From an uncultured Candidatus Saccharibacteria bacterium (lineage in GTDB: Bacteria; Patescibacteriota; WWE3; UBA101185; 2-01-FULL-41-18), in contig CAZWQF010000006.1 in NCBI GenBank assembly GCA_964636285.1, forward strand, positions 938-64,937: 64,000 nucleotides of DNA, written 5' to 3'. Below the pieces are notes generated by a model. The model was given only the letters and a program-made list of their open reading frames with translations. It searched no databases and was not told the DNA's origin. The position numbers and the translations under genes were made by a program. Positions 55,294 to 64,000 of the stretch are shown piece by piece. Every line of letters starts with the position of its first letter. The first letter of the stretch is position 1.

Positions 55294-58200
55294 TTATACC
55301 TCCGATCCGATTATTCCTGTGACATTTGTTGTTCTGTTAAGTTTTCCCCAAGAAACATTAGACCCCTTAATAGCAGATAGCACAACTTTGATGCTAATAA
55401 AATAAAAAAGGAACCTATATAAAACTCTTTGAAGAGGAAGAAGCCTTACCAAATACTGTTCCTCCTTTTCCTCAAGCATTAACGCTGCCACTGAAACAAG
55501 GTAATCCACAAACAGAAACACAAGGTAGAAGTAGGCAATTTTTCCAAGACCTTCAAAAGAAGCACTTGGGTGTTGGAATTTCTGAAACAGGTCTATTGCA
55601 ACCAAAAACATTGCATATACGTCTAAAATTGGCGCTACCAAAGGAAAAGCTATTTGAAACACAATTACGTTGGGTACTACTACAAGTCCAAGAAACTTAT
55701 ACTTTGGCTTGAGAATCACATCCTGGTGTTTCCATATTGCTTGAAATGTGCCAAACATCCATCTATATCTTTGCTTGATAAAGTCCCTAATGTTTTCTGG
55801 AGCTTCTGTATAACTTATCGCCCTTTCTTCATACTCAACCTTGTATCCAAGTTTTAAAACTTTAAGAGTTAATTCGGCGTCTTCTGCAAGAGTGTCCGTT
55901 CCAAACCCGCCCACCTTCTCTAGCAGGTCTTTTCTCCACACACCTATTGCACCAGGCACCACTGTAATGCTGTTAAGCAACGCAAATGCTCTTCGATCAA
56001 GATTTTGACTTGTTACATACTCAAGGGCTTGGAACTTTGTTAACAAATTTACTCTGTTTCCTACCTTTGCATTTCCTGCTACCGCTCCAACTGAAGTGTC
56101 TTTGAATCGCCTGACAATTTTGCTGACAGCATTTGCTTTTAGAAGAGTGTCTGCGTCCAAAACCATTATTAACTCTGCACTACTTTGGTTTACTGCAAAG
56201 TTGATAGCGCTAGATTTGCCTCCTCCATTCGTTTGAAAAATTTTAACTTTGGGATTTCCTTTAAACGCTGCTTTTGTAATTTCAAATGTTGAGTCTGTAG
56301 ATCCATCATCTACCACAATAACCCCAAGGTTGTTGTAAGTTGATCTTAAGATGTTATCCACAGTCCTTACAATAACTTTTGCCTCGTTTAAGGCTGGTAT
56401 AACAATAGAAATCGAAGGGGTAAACTTGGCGTCATATACTTTTTTCCTTGAGCTAACCTTTTGAATTACAGCAAGAACAAATATTAAAATTTGTCTGGAA
56501 ATACCAAGCATAATTCCAACTACAAAAAGATTTGTGACAAACTTATAAAAGAGATACGCAAGGGTAAAACCCATATTACTTGAATAGTTAATTAGAGGTT
56601 TGGTGGCTTTGGCAGGAGGCATGATCTGATCCCTTGTTAGACCCATCAATTCTGAAACTGTCACAAACTCATACCCTTGCTCTTTGAGGTTTGAAATTAT
56701 GTAAGGAAGTGCCTGGATTGTTGCGGTTCTATCTCCACCACCGTCATGTAAAAGTACAATGTTCCCATCGCCGTTTTTCACCTTCTTTTCTACATCCTGC
56801 GCAATTTCAAGTGCGCTTGGTTTTGCCCAGTCTTTTGGGTCAACATTCATTCCCACTGTAAAGTAGCCTAACTCTCCTGCGGTAATGAGAGTTTTTAATT
56901 GCGAAGGGGTTTGCGGTTCTACATCCTCACCGTACGGAGGTCTAAATAGCAGGGTGCTTCTTCCTGTTGCACTTTCGATTAGTTTTTGGGTGGCATTTAT
57001 CTCAAGAAGTGCCTCTTTGGTTGAAGTAAGTTCAAGGTTGGGGTGGGAGAAGGTGTGGTTTCCAATTTCGTTTCCTTCGTTATATATCCTTTGCAAAATG
57101 TCCCTATTAGCATTTCCTAGCGCTCCAATAATAAAAAACGTACCACGCACCCCTTGGTTTTTGAGAGTGTCCAAAATCTTAGTTGTATATTTTTTTGTAG
57201 GTCCGTCATCAAAAGTTAGAGCCACTTTTTTTGAGACTAGTCCGTATCTTTGAACGGTGTATGGGTTTGGGGCTGTCACAATTTTTTCAGATAATACTTT
57301 GGTGGTAGGGTCTTCTGTAATTTCCCTTGACCCCATTGTTGGCATCGCTTTTATTTTTATAGTCTCTCCGGTTCCAAGGTAGTTTATCCCGTACCCGTAC
57401 TGCATCTCTTGCATATTCCCAACAGCCTGCCCGCCATTATTTAAGTCTTTGGTAAATAGCGCCCATATCTGTGGGTCTTCGGATCCGAGTCTCCACATTG
57501 CAAAACCTTTAACCCCAGAGTTCTGGGCCTCTTTTATCTGGTTATATGCGGTGATACCATCTAAAAACCAAAGAGTATGTGCGGAAAATCCGTTATCCAC
57601 ATATGTAAAATAAGGGTTTGCGCTGATTGAATCCCAGCTGAATGTAGCTTTTGCTAGCTTGGCTTTGGTCATAACTTCGTCGTAGCTGAGGCTTACTGCA
57701 TTTGTTGTCCCTGCTTGCCAGTCGTACCCATACTGTCCCAGAGCCACAACAACTTTTTCCGCAGGTATTTGCTGAAGTCTCCAAGCAAGCTTCTCTTTAA
57801 ACCAATTTTGTGACGAAATAGCCCCAGGCTCTCCGCCTGCCCAGTGTTCGTCATAGGCCATTAAAATCAAATAATCGCTGTACTCTGAAAGACTAAACCC
57901 GCTAAAGTCGTCGTCATCAAGAGGGATTGAAGCAGAGACAGCAAGCCCTTCGGATTTGAATCTTGCATACAGGTCACGCATAAAAAAGTGAAACGAATTC
58001 ATGTCCTCGGGGTACATATTCTCAAAATCAATGCTTACCCCATCAAACTGACCCTCCTTAACAAACTTAACCGCGTTACTTATAAGCTCCTGCTTTTTTG
58101 TTTCGTTTTTAAGAAATATTGCTGTAAGCTCTGGATCAAAGCTTTGGGTATCAGAGTTGTAATTATTTATGAGAGGCACAATTTTTATTGAAGAGTTTTC

Positions 58201-58686
58201 TCTCCTAACGTAATTAGTAACTTCTTTTTGATAATCTTTGTTGTCTGAAATCACGTCCCCGTCCTTTGAAATGTGCCCCCATTCAGGTGTTAGTGTTGTA
58301 ATGCCCTTGAGGTTTTGTTTTAAAGACGCAAAGCTTGCGGGGTCCCAGTTTACAAAATATCCCACAACTTCTTTTTGAGGAGTTTTATCCGTGGTTTTAG
58401 GTGTGGGTTGATAAGCAATATTTATACTTTGGTTGCTGTGACCTGTTTGTTGAAGGGCATCTACAGTTAAACCTCTGCTTGGCGCCCCGCCTTTTCTTGC
58501 AATTAGGCTACTCGGGTCTTCAATCCCAAAACTGTTTTGAAATTCGGGTATGTTTAAAATAGAGTACCCCATTGCGGTTACTGTGGTTGCAACAAAAATT
58601 GCAAAAACAAAAACTACCGCTAGAAATATATTCCATCTGCTTCTTTTTGAAGAATAAAAGATTGGTTTGACCTCAGAAGACTTCAT
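55294..58686 (-). CDS. multidomain exopolysaccharide enzyme: TM anchor + GH18-like glycoside hydrolase + CE4 (NodB) polysaccharide deacetylase + GT2 processive glycosyltransferase
   Basis: GH18 DxxDxDxE-type DGVSIDFENMYPED. CE4 motifs TFDDGP, HTFSHP, RPPYG, LLHDGGG. GT2 motifs VDDGSTDST, LDADT and Q(R)YRW. 1130 aa with internal and C-terminal TMs. Confidence 0.75.
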   Translation of the reverse strand: MKSSEVKPIFYSSKRSRWNIFLAVVFVFAIFVATTVTAMGYSILNIPEFQNSFGIEDPSSLIARKGGAPSRGLTVDALQQTGHSNQSINIAYQPTPKTTDKTPQKEVVGYFVNWDPASFASLKQNLKGITTLTPEWGHISKDGDVISDNKDYQKEVTNYVRRENSSIKIVPLINNYNSDTQSFDPELTAIFLKNETKKQELISNAVKFVKEGQFDGVSIDFENMYPEDMNSFHFFMRDLYARFKSEGLAVSASIPLDDDDFSGFSLSEYSDYLILMAYDEHWAGGEPGAISSQNWFKEKLAWRLQQIPAEKVVVALGQYGYDWQAGTTNAVSLSYDEVMTKAKLAKATFSWDSISANPYFTYVDNGFSAHTLWFLDGITAYNQIKEAQNSGVKGFAMWRLGSEDPQIWALFTKDLNNGGQAVGNMQEMQYGYGINYLGTGETIKIKAMPTMGSREITEDPTTKVLSEKIVTAPNPYTVQRYGLVSKKVALTFDDGPTKKYTTKILDTLKNQGVRGTFFIIGALGNANRDILQRIYNEGNEIGNHTFSHPNLELTSTKEALLEINATQKLIESATGRSTLLFRPPYGEDVEPQTPSQLKTLITAGELGYFTVGMNVDPKDWAKPSALEIAQDVEKKVKNGDGNIVLLHDGGGDRTATIQALPYIISNLKEQGYEFVTVSELMGLTRDQIMPPAKATKPLINYSSNMGFTLAYLFYKFVTNLFVVGIMLGISRQILIFVLAVIQKVSSRKKVYDAKFTPSISIVIPALNEAKVIVRTVDNILRSTYNNLGVIVVDDGSTDSTFEITKAAFKGNPKVKIFQTNGGGKSSAINFAVNQSSAELIMVLDADTLLKANAVSKIVRRFKDTSVGAVAGNAKVGNRVNLLTKFQALEYVTSQNLDRRAFALLNSITVVPGAIGVWRKDLLEKVGGFGTDTLAEDAELTLKVLKLGYKVEYEERAISYTEAPENIRDFIKQRYRWMFGTFQAIWKHQDVILKPKYKFLGLVVVPNVIVFQIAFPLVAPILDVYAMFLVAIDLFQKFQHPSASFEGLGKIAYFYLVFLFVDYLVSVAALMLEEKEEQYLVRLLPLQRVLYRFLFYFISIKVVLSAIKGSNVSWGKLNRTTNVTGIIGSEV

Positions 58687-58706
58687 TCTCTGCTATAATG
58701 CGCTGA

Positions 58707-59540
58707 ATGAAATCGCGCAAATACCTGCTTTTTTTAATACCTATAGTTATCATAGTTTTACTAACTTATATCATTATTAGACAAAGTTCAAGAATTATGA
58801 TGAGTCCTGTAGTTAAATCTAGTTTGACAGGAGGTTCCACAAAACTTTTGGAGATAGTGGAAGCACTTGAGTCGAGCGAATCGAGCACATCAAGCAAAGG
58901 ATCAAAGATTCCAAATCCCCTAGCCTTTGTTGCTGACCTTTTTAAAGAAAAATACCCTGTACACAAAGATATAAGCACTACCTTTTTTTGGGTTGGAGAA
59001 CCTTCCGATGAGGATAACCATTTTATTCCTAACAAAGCGAGCGCTTGGGATGACGAATGGATGAAGCATTACGGTGGTCCTGACGATCCCGAAAAAAGAA
59101 AAAACCTCCTTCCCGAAAACTTTAAGCCAAAAGAAAACCCATTTTACTTTGCGCTTCCCTACAATGATTTTGATGAAGATGGAAAAAGACGAAAAGATTT
59201 AAGTAAGGTTGTATATTGGTTTGACCAAAAAAAGTGGGGTAAAGAGGAGTCTATGCTAAAAAATAGGTGGATAAAAATAACCAAGGGGGATAAAGACGCC
59301 TATGCGCAGTGGGAGGATGTAGGTCCTTTTGGAGAAGATGACGCCAAGTATGTCTTTGGTAAGTCCGCTCCAAAAAATAAAGACAACAAAAGTGCAGGTC
59401 TTGATGTCTCGCCTGCCGTAAAAGAATACTTAGGTCTTAAAGATTTGGATAAAACAGATTGGCAATTTGTTGATGAAAAGGACGTACCTGATGGCCCTTG
59501 GAAAGAGGTTATAACCAAATCTCAGGTTAATTGGAAATAA
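58707..59540 (+). CDS. hypothetical secreted or membrane-anchored protein
   Basis: N-terminal TM; Ser-rich linker; no motif. Confidence 0.45.
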   Translation: MKSRKYLLFLIPIVIIVLLTYIIIRQSSRIMMSPVVKSSLTGGSTKLLEIVEALESSESSTSSKGSKIPNPLAFVADLFKEKYPVHKDISTTFFWVGEPSDEDNHFIPNKASAWDDEWMKHYGGPDDPEKRKNLLPENFKPKENPFYFALPYNDFDEDGKRRKDLSKVVYWFDQKKWGKEESMLKNRWIKITKGDKDAYAQWEDVGPFGEDDAKYVFGKSAPKNKDNKSAGLDVSPAVKEYLGLKDLDKTDWQFVDEKDVPDGPWKEVITKSQVNWK

Positions 59541-59554
59541 CTTTAATTATGTCA

Positions 59555-59591
59555 AAAGCGCCGTTGGGTTTTTTGCCCGCCGGCGCTTTTT
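59555..59591. terminator. bidirectional rho-independent terminator (AGCGCCG-loop-CGGCGCTTTTT)
   Basis: A GC-rich stem flanked by T5 on the plus strand and A/T-rich sequence on the minus strand. Confidence 0.55.
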
Positions 59592-59602
59592 GAGACTTTT
59601 TG

Positions 59603-59839
59603 TTAGGCAACTCCAAGACAGCTCGCCAGCTCATTGAACGCCACATCCGAGCCGTCCGTTTTCCAGTGATGGTTGGCATAAAAAGCCGCAGTTTGCCACC
59701 CCGCAAAATACCTAAGAAAGGCCCCAACATTGTCTCCACTCATCCGATTCATCATGCTGGCAAGAGCTTCTCTTGGGTTCTCGCTTCCCTTGACGCTCTC
59801 AACCATTTGGTCATATTTGGAGGTGTCGAGAAGTTCCAT
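59603..59839 (-). CDS. small hypothetical protein (78 aa) in a GC-rich island (island H)
   Basis: A GGAG...AGAGG Shine-Dalgarno region is upstream. The gene is GC-rich. A C9 homopolymer lies upstream at 59929-59937. Confidence 0.4.
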   Translation of the reverse strand: MELLDTSKYDQMVESVKGSENPREALASMMNRMSGDNVGAFLRYFAGWQTAAFYANHHWKTDGSDVAFNELASCLGVA

Positions 59840-59980
59840 TTTAACCTCTAGCTCCTGTGAAAGCAGGATACTTGTGGGTTATATATTACCCTATAGTGCG
59901 AGTTTTTACAAACCAGTCTGCCTTCCTTCCCCCCCCCTCATTCTATTGCGGTTTTCTTCGGGTTTTATTAAAATACCACT

Positions 59981-61378
59981 GTGTTCCCCAGGAAAATGAC
60001 ATTTGTAGATGTCGAAACAACCGGCGGCTCGTACAGGCGAGACCGAATAATAGAAATAGCTCTTATCCAAACCGAAGACGGAAAAATAACAAGTACCTTT
60101 CAATCATTAATTAATCCAGAACAACGGGTTCCAGAGTCAATTCTTGAAATGACAGGGGTTATACAGGCAGAGCTTGAAAAGGCGCCTACTTTTAGTGAGG
60201 TAGTGCAAGAAGTGGGGGAGCTTTTGGCCGATTCGGTTTTTGTTGCTCACAACGCAGCGTTTGATTACGGATTTGTTAAAAACGAATTTAGACTCCTTGA
60301 GAAGAACTATTCTGCAAAATGTCTCTGTACGGTCAAGTTATCAAGAGCACTATTCCCAAGCTACAGGTCTCACAGTCTTGATAGCCTGATAAAAAGATTT
60401 GGGTTTGAGGTTAATAATAGGCATAGGGCTTATGATGACGCCAAAGTAATGGTTGATTTTTTTGATCTTGTAAAATCTCAATTTGAACCTGAAAAAATAG
60501 AAAAAGCTGTGAGCGCTATTCTTAAAAGGCCTTCAATTCCTGTTCGTATCTCAGAGAAAAAGCTTAATAGTTTGCATGAAGGGCCTGGAGTATATATTTT
60601 TTATGGCGACACGGGGATTCCGCTATACATTGGAAAGAGCGTGAGTGTTAGGGATAGGGTTCTTTCGCACTTTTCTGCGTCTAGCTTTTCAAGTACCGAG
60701 CTAAATATTGCTTCGCAAATAAAAGATATTGAAGTTATAAAGACGGAAGGGGAGCTTGGAGCTTTATTAAAGGAATCGGAGCTTATAAAAAGGATGCTAC
60801 CTGTGTATAACAAAAGGCTTAGGGTTGTTGAGAACCTGGCTTATATTAAAGGCGGGATAAACAGCCAGGGGTATAAAACTATTTTTCTTACTACTGATGC
60901 TCTTGAGGAGGGGGAGACCCTTGGAATTTTTAAAACTCAAAAACAAGCTAAAGATAGAATTGAGGAGCTTTGTGAAAAGCATAGGCTTTGTAAGAAGCTT
61001 CTTGGGCTTGAAAAATCTCACACAAAAGGACAATCGTGTTGTTTTGGGCATCACCTTGGGAAGTGTAAAGGTGCTTGTGTGGGCGAGGAGCCTGCAAAAA
61101 TGTACAACCTTAGATTTGATATGGCATTTGTGGAGACAAAGCTTAAATCCTGGCCTTTTAAAGGTCCTGTTTTAATAACCGAAGGAGACTCGGCTGTTAT
61201 TGTTGATAACTGGGTCTGCAAAAGTGTAGAAACAAATATTTCAGAGGTGCCTTTGGGAAAAGAAGGGTTGCCTGATTTAAGTGGTTTGCACGAGACAAAA
61301 TTTGATCTGGATACCTACAAGATTCTTTCAAGTTACATTTTTTCAAAGAAAAACCAGAAAAATATAAAGGTGATGTAG
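59981..61378 (+). CDS. Cho-like nuclease: DnaQ/epsilon-type 3'-5' exonuclease domain fused to a GIY-YIG (UvrC-like) endonuclease domain
   Basis: DEDDh motifs FVDVETTG, HNAAFDYGF, HRAYDDAK; a GIY-YIG motif GVYIFYGDTGIPLYIGKS...R. Confidence 0.7.
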   Translation: MFPRKMTFVDVETTGGSYRRDRIIEIALIQTEDGKITSTFQSLINPEQRVPESILEMTGVIQAELEKAPTFSEVVQEVGELLADSVFVAHNAAFDYGFVKNEFRLLEKNYSAKCLCTVKLSRALFPSYRSHSLDSLIKRFGFEVNNRHRAYDDAKVMVDFFDLVKSQFEPEKIEKAVSAILKRPSIPVRISEKKLNSLHEGPGVYIFYGDTGIPLYIGKSVSVRDRVLSHFSASSFSSTELNIASQIKDIEVIKTEGELGALLKESELIKRMLPVYNKRLRVVENLAYIKGGINSQGYKTIFLTTDALEEGETLGIFKTQKQAKDRIEELCEKHRLCKKLLGLEKSHTKGQSCCFGHHLGKCKGACVGEEPAKMYNLRFDMAFVETKLKSWPFKGPVLITEGDSAVIVDNWVCKSVETNISEVPLGKEGLPDLSGLHETKFDLDTYKILSSYIFSKKNQKNIKVM

Positions 61379-61453
61379 GAGGTAGAAAAGGCACCCCTAC
61401 GAATATACATAGAGGTGCCTCCCTCACAACAAGGTTCGAGATGCGCGTCTTTT

Positions 61454-61702
61454 TCAGCCTTGCAGGCTCTGCTGGACGCCAATCATGTAACAGGAATCTT
61501 TTCCGGTTGCGCCGGGGTGTCCTGGGATTGGCGCTTGAAGGATGGTGTCCATGGCGTTCGCAACATCCTGGGGCATGTCAGCTCTGTTTGCTGGGCGTGG
61601 CTGGTCAACCCACCACTCATGAAACTTTTCCCATGCCCGTTTGACCACGTCCGGGTATTGTTCATGCTCTTCTGGAAGAATCGGAATTCCTCGCGGTAGC
61701 AT
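61454..61702 (-). CDS. small hypothetical protein (82 aa) in a GC-rich island (island I)
   Basis: A TAAGGAGA Shine-Dalgarno sequence lies 8 nt upstream. The gene is GC-rich. A hairpin at 61389-61420 is downstream. Confidence 0.4.
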   Translation of the reverse strand: MLPRGIPILPEEHEQYPDVVKRAWEKFHEWWVDQPRPANRADMPQDVANAMDTILQAPIPGHPGATGKDSCYMIGVQQSLQG

Positions 61703-61795
61703 CAGTGGGTCTCCTTACTTTTGTAGCGATTGTTGTGAGGGCTTTATTATAAAACTTTAAACCTATAGCATCAAATTGATTTTTCCCTGAAAAAA

Positions 61796-62179
61796 TCAGA
61801 GGTTTTTATCCAAAAATTCCTTGACCCCATCTATATACCTTTTCTCTGCATCGTAATAAAACGAACAAATGCCAACAGACTCCGCGCTTTTAACAGCTTC
61901 AGGATTGTGTTCAAAATAAACTACGTCATTAGCTTTAAGGTCAAAATGAGCTAGCATTTTTCTAAAGTATTCTGGATCTATTTTATCTGGATTATGTTTT
62001 AGAGAAAAAAGTTCGTACGGAAGATTAGTAAGCCCAAACTTTACTACCTGTTCGTCATTTGCATTTGTTAGAATGATTTTTCTGTTAGGGTATTTTTCTA
62101 GAAGGTCGTGAAGAGGTTTGAACACTCCTTCGCCTTCAATTACAAAAGCATCTACAGCATCAACAAGAATTGTTTTCAC
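61796..62179 (-). CDS. small HAD-like hydrolase (hypothetical)
   Basis: N-terminal ILVDAVDAF (DxD-like motif I); 127 aa. Confidence 0.35.
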   Translation of the reverse strand: MKTILVDAVDAFVIEGEGVFKPLHDLLEKYPNRKIILTNANDEQVVKFGLTNLPYELFSLKHNPDKIDPEYFRKMLAHFDLKANDVVYFEHNPEAVKSAESVGICSFYYDAEKRYIDGVKEFLDKNL

Positions 62180-62225
62180 TCAGTGAGTATATAACAAGTC
62201 TTGGGTTTATGCCTATAATACCCAG

Positions 62226-63710
62226 GTGAAATTTGCGGTTGTTCTTACGGCACTCTACATTCTTTTTTGCCTCCTGACGTTCAAACACTTTGGAGTTACA
62301 TCTGACGAATATGTAGAGTACCAAAGCGGAAAAGCACTTCTTCATTATTATCAAACAGGAAGTCAATCAAAAAACTTTAATATTTCAGAAAGGCACTTCC
62401 CCACAGAAAGCACCTATTTTAGAGGGCACCTCGCACTTTTTAGCTTTTTAAACCCCAAAGGCTACTATGAAAACTACCATCTATTAAATATGCTTTTTGC
62501 TCTCCCAATATTTCTAATGTTCTATGCGTTGTTACTGCATACCTATAAAGATCAAAAAATTGCTTTTGTTGGAACCCTCTTCCTTTTTGCCACGCCGCGA
62601 TTCTTAGGAGACCTACCTGCCAACCCAAAAGACGTGCCTTTTGCAGTGTTTTACTTTTTAACCCTTGGGGCCATCTACTTATTTCATCAGAAAAAACAAA
62701 ATTTTATTATCAGTTCTGTTGCAATAGGGCTTCTAATAGGAGTAACCACATCTTTTAGATTAGTTGGGGCGTCCTTATTTGTTGTCATGTTTTTTTACTA
62801 TGCTAAAAGATCACCAGTTACTGCTTTACGAGACTCCGTCATTTCATTTTTTATTTCAATTTTAGCCTTGGTTTTACTGCTTCCTTTGTTTTCTCAGGGG
62901 GTTTTGGAAGGCCTTAAAGTTTTGGTTGAAAGTAGTACTAACTTTGAATATTGGAATAATAAGATGCTGTTTATGGGCAAGTTTCTTTCAAAAGAACAAA
63001 GACCTTTTTACTACTTACCTGTGTGGCTTGCTATCACAACTCCTCTGTACCAGATCGTCCTTTTAGTGATATTGCCGTTCCTAATATATTTTCGTAAAGT
63101 AAAAAGAGCAGGCCTGCTATATTTCTTTGGGTTCGCATTTACAGTTAATCTTTTAGCTTACTTGTTAATTAATCCTGTGATCTACAATGGACTTAGGCAC
63201 TTTTTATTTTTAGTTCCAATCCTATCGCTTTTAGCCTGTCTTTCAGCAATTGATCTGTTTACGTTTCTGAATTCCAGGGCAGGCAACTTCAAATTCGTCC
63301 ATTTAATTTTAATATCATTTCTCTTTCTCGTTACGGTAATCAACATTACCAAATCGCACCCTTATGAATACATTTATTTTAACGAATTATCAGGAGGCTT
63401 AAAAAAAGCGATAGGGAATTACGACACAGATTATTGGGGAGCTTCGTACAAAGAAATGTCAGAATGGCTTTTAAAGAACCCTGCAAAAACTCGTTCGATT
63501 AATGTGTACACGTGCGATATGCCTTTTGCAGTCAGCTATTACTCAAAAAAATTATTTCAAGTTGTTTCTGACGAGTCCGAAGCTGATTTTATAGTTTGTG
63601 ACGTGGACAATGTTCCTCAGAAAAAATATGATCTGCCTGTAGTTTATTCTGTTGATAGGGGTGGGGTTTCATTAGGCAGTGTGTTTGATAGCAGCTCGCT
63701 TAAGAAGTAG
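62226..63710 (+). CDS. GT-C fold membrane glycosyltransferase (ArnT/PMT-like, GT39/GT83-like)
   Basis: Eleven or more TMs; a first-loop DE motif (TSDEYVEY); 494 aa. Confidence 0.5.
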   Translation: MKFAVVLTALYILFCLLTFKHFGVTSDEYVEYQSGKALLHYYQTGSQSKNFNISERHFPTESTYFRGHLALFSFLNPKGYYENYHLLNMLFALPIFLMFYALLLHTYKDQKIAFVGTLFLFATPRFLGDLPANPKDVPFAVFYFLTLGAIYLFHQKKQNFIISSVAIGLLIGVTTSFRLVGASLFVVMFFYYAKRSPVTALRDSVISFFISILALVLLLPLFSQGVLEGLKVLVESSTNFEYWNNKMLFMGKFLSKEQRPFYYLPVWLAITTPLYQIVLLVILPFLIYFRKVKRAGLLYFFGFAFTVNLLAYLLINPVIYNGLRHFLFLVPILSLLACLSAIDLFTFLNSRAGNFKFVHLILISFLFLVTVINITKSHPYEYIYFNELSGGLKKAIGNYDTDYWGASYKEMSEWLLKNPAKTRSINVYTCDMPFAVSYYSKKLFQVVSDESEADFIVCDVDNVPQKKYDLPVVYSVDRGGVSLGSVFDSSSLKK

Positions 63711-63920
63711 CGCCTTTTTACCCCAGTGTATTTTGTTCCAAATTCTTTCGTGGAAATAATAAAGAAAGGTATTCACAATCGTTGAGATTCCCGTTACCTC
63801 AAGAGTTATCTTTTGATTTCCCGTAAAGAGAAATACTGTTGTAGCGGTAGAGATTATAATAAGAATTCTATAGGTAATTGTTTTTACAAGAGACCTTTTA
63901 TTGTCTTCTAGATGAGGCAC
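63672..63920 (-). CDS. small 2-TM membrane protein (DUF2061-like)
   Basis: 82 aa; TYRILIIISTATTVFLFTGN...TGISTIVNTFLYYFHERIWNK pattern. Confidence 0.35.
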   Translation of the reverse strand: MPHLEDNKRSLVKTITYRILIIISTATTVFLFTGNQKITLEVTGISTIVNTFLYYFHERIWNKIHWGKKALLLKRAAIKHTA

Positions 63921-64000
63921 TGGTTTATTATATATGAACTTATTGTATAAACCTACTCTGAGCTTAGCTATTGGATCCTACCTTCTTGCTGCCTCTTCAA

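Noticed and set aside
4880-61740. Integron gene-cassette array as an explanation for the GC-rich cassettes
   Set aside because: The cassettes are dispersed singly across 57 kb, not arrayed. I see no intI gene and no attC-like imperfect palindromes with GTTRRRY cores. The hairpins look like ordinary terminators.
1-64000. CRISPR array, rRNA operon, transposase or IS element, prophage
   Set aside because: I found no regularly spaced direct repeats, no rRNA-like conserved blocks, no transposase or phage structural gene motifs, and no terminal inverted repeats.

Overview
This is an AT-rich bacterial chromosomal segment, about 35-40% GC in the backbone genes. It is densely packed with roughly 75 protein genes on both strands, plus three tRNA genes and the dnaA/oriC region.

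Backbone content is mostly housekeeping:
- tRNA and translation: mnmA, trpS, hpf.
- DNA repair: mutM-recF-NUDIX, an ATP-dependent DNA ligase, nth, a 5'-3' exonuclease, and a Cho-like DnaQ+GIY-YIG nuclease.
- Non-oxidative pentose-phosphate genes: a split transketolase, rpiB, rpe and a PfkB kinase.
- Oxidative protein folding: two DsbA/VKOR pairs.
- Others: ftsH, lgt, a signal peptidase, a P-type ATPase, CPA2 and VIT transporters, and several glycosyltransferase or GT-C membrane proteins.

The gene content has many domain fusions, no respiratory or biosynthetic operons, a split transketolase, and many backbone genes without a Shine-Dalgarno sequence. I infer from this a small-genome, possibly episymbiotic (CPR/Patescibacteria-like) organism; I cannot verify that.

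The most striking feature is about nine short islands of 0.3-1.3 kb that are about 55-68% GC, set into the 35-40% GC backbone.
- Each carries one or two small genes, mostly membrane proteins.
- Every island gene has a canonical AGGAGG-type Shine-Dalgarno sequence, unlike many backbone genes.
- Each island usually has its own GC-rich hairpin terminator.
- Ten of the eleven island genes are on the minus strand.
- I read these as horizontally acquired gene cassettes of unknown function.

Other notable items:
- A 1130-aa protein fusing GH18-like, CE4 deacetylase and GT2 synthase domains.
- A signal peptidase I with a CAP-like C-terminal domain.
- A Fic-fold protein with a degenerate active-site motif.
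- An unannotated 35-aa glycine-zipper peptide ORF.
- A tRNA-Ile(UAU) gene.
- DnaA-box clusters flanking dnaA.

I found no CRISPR array, no rRNA, and no recognisable phage or transposon.
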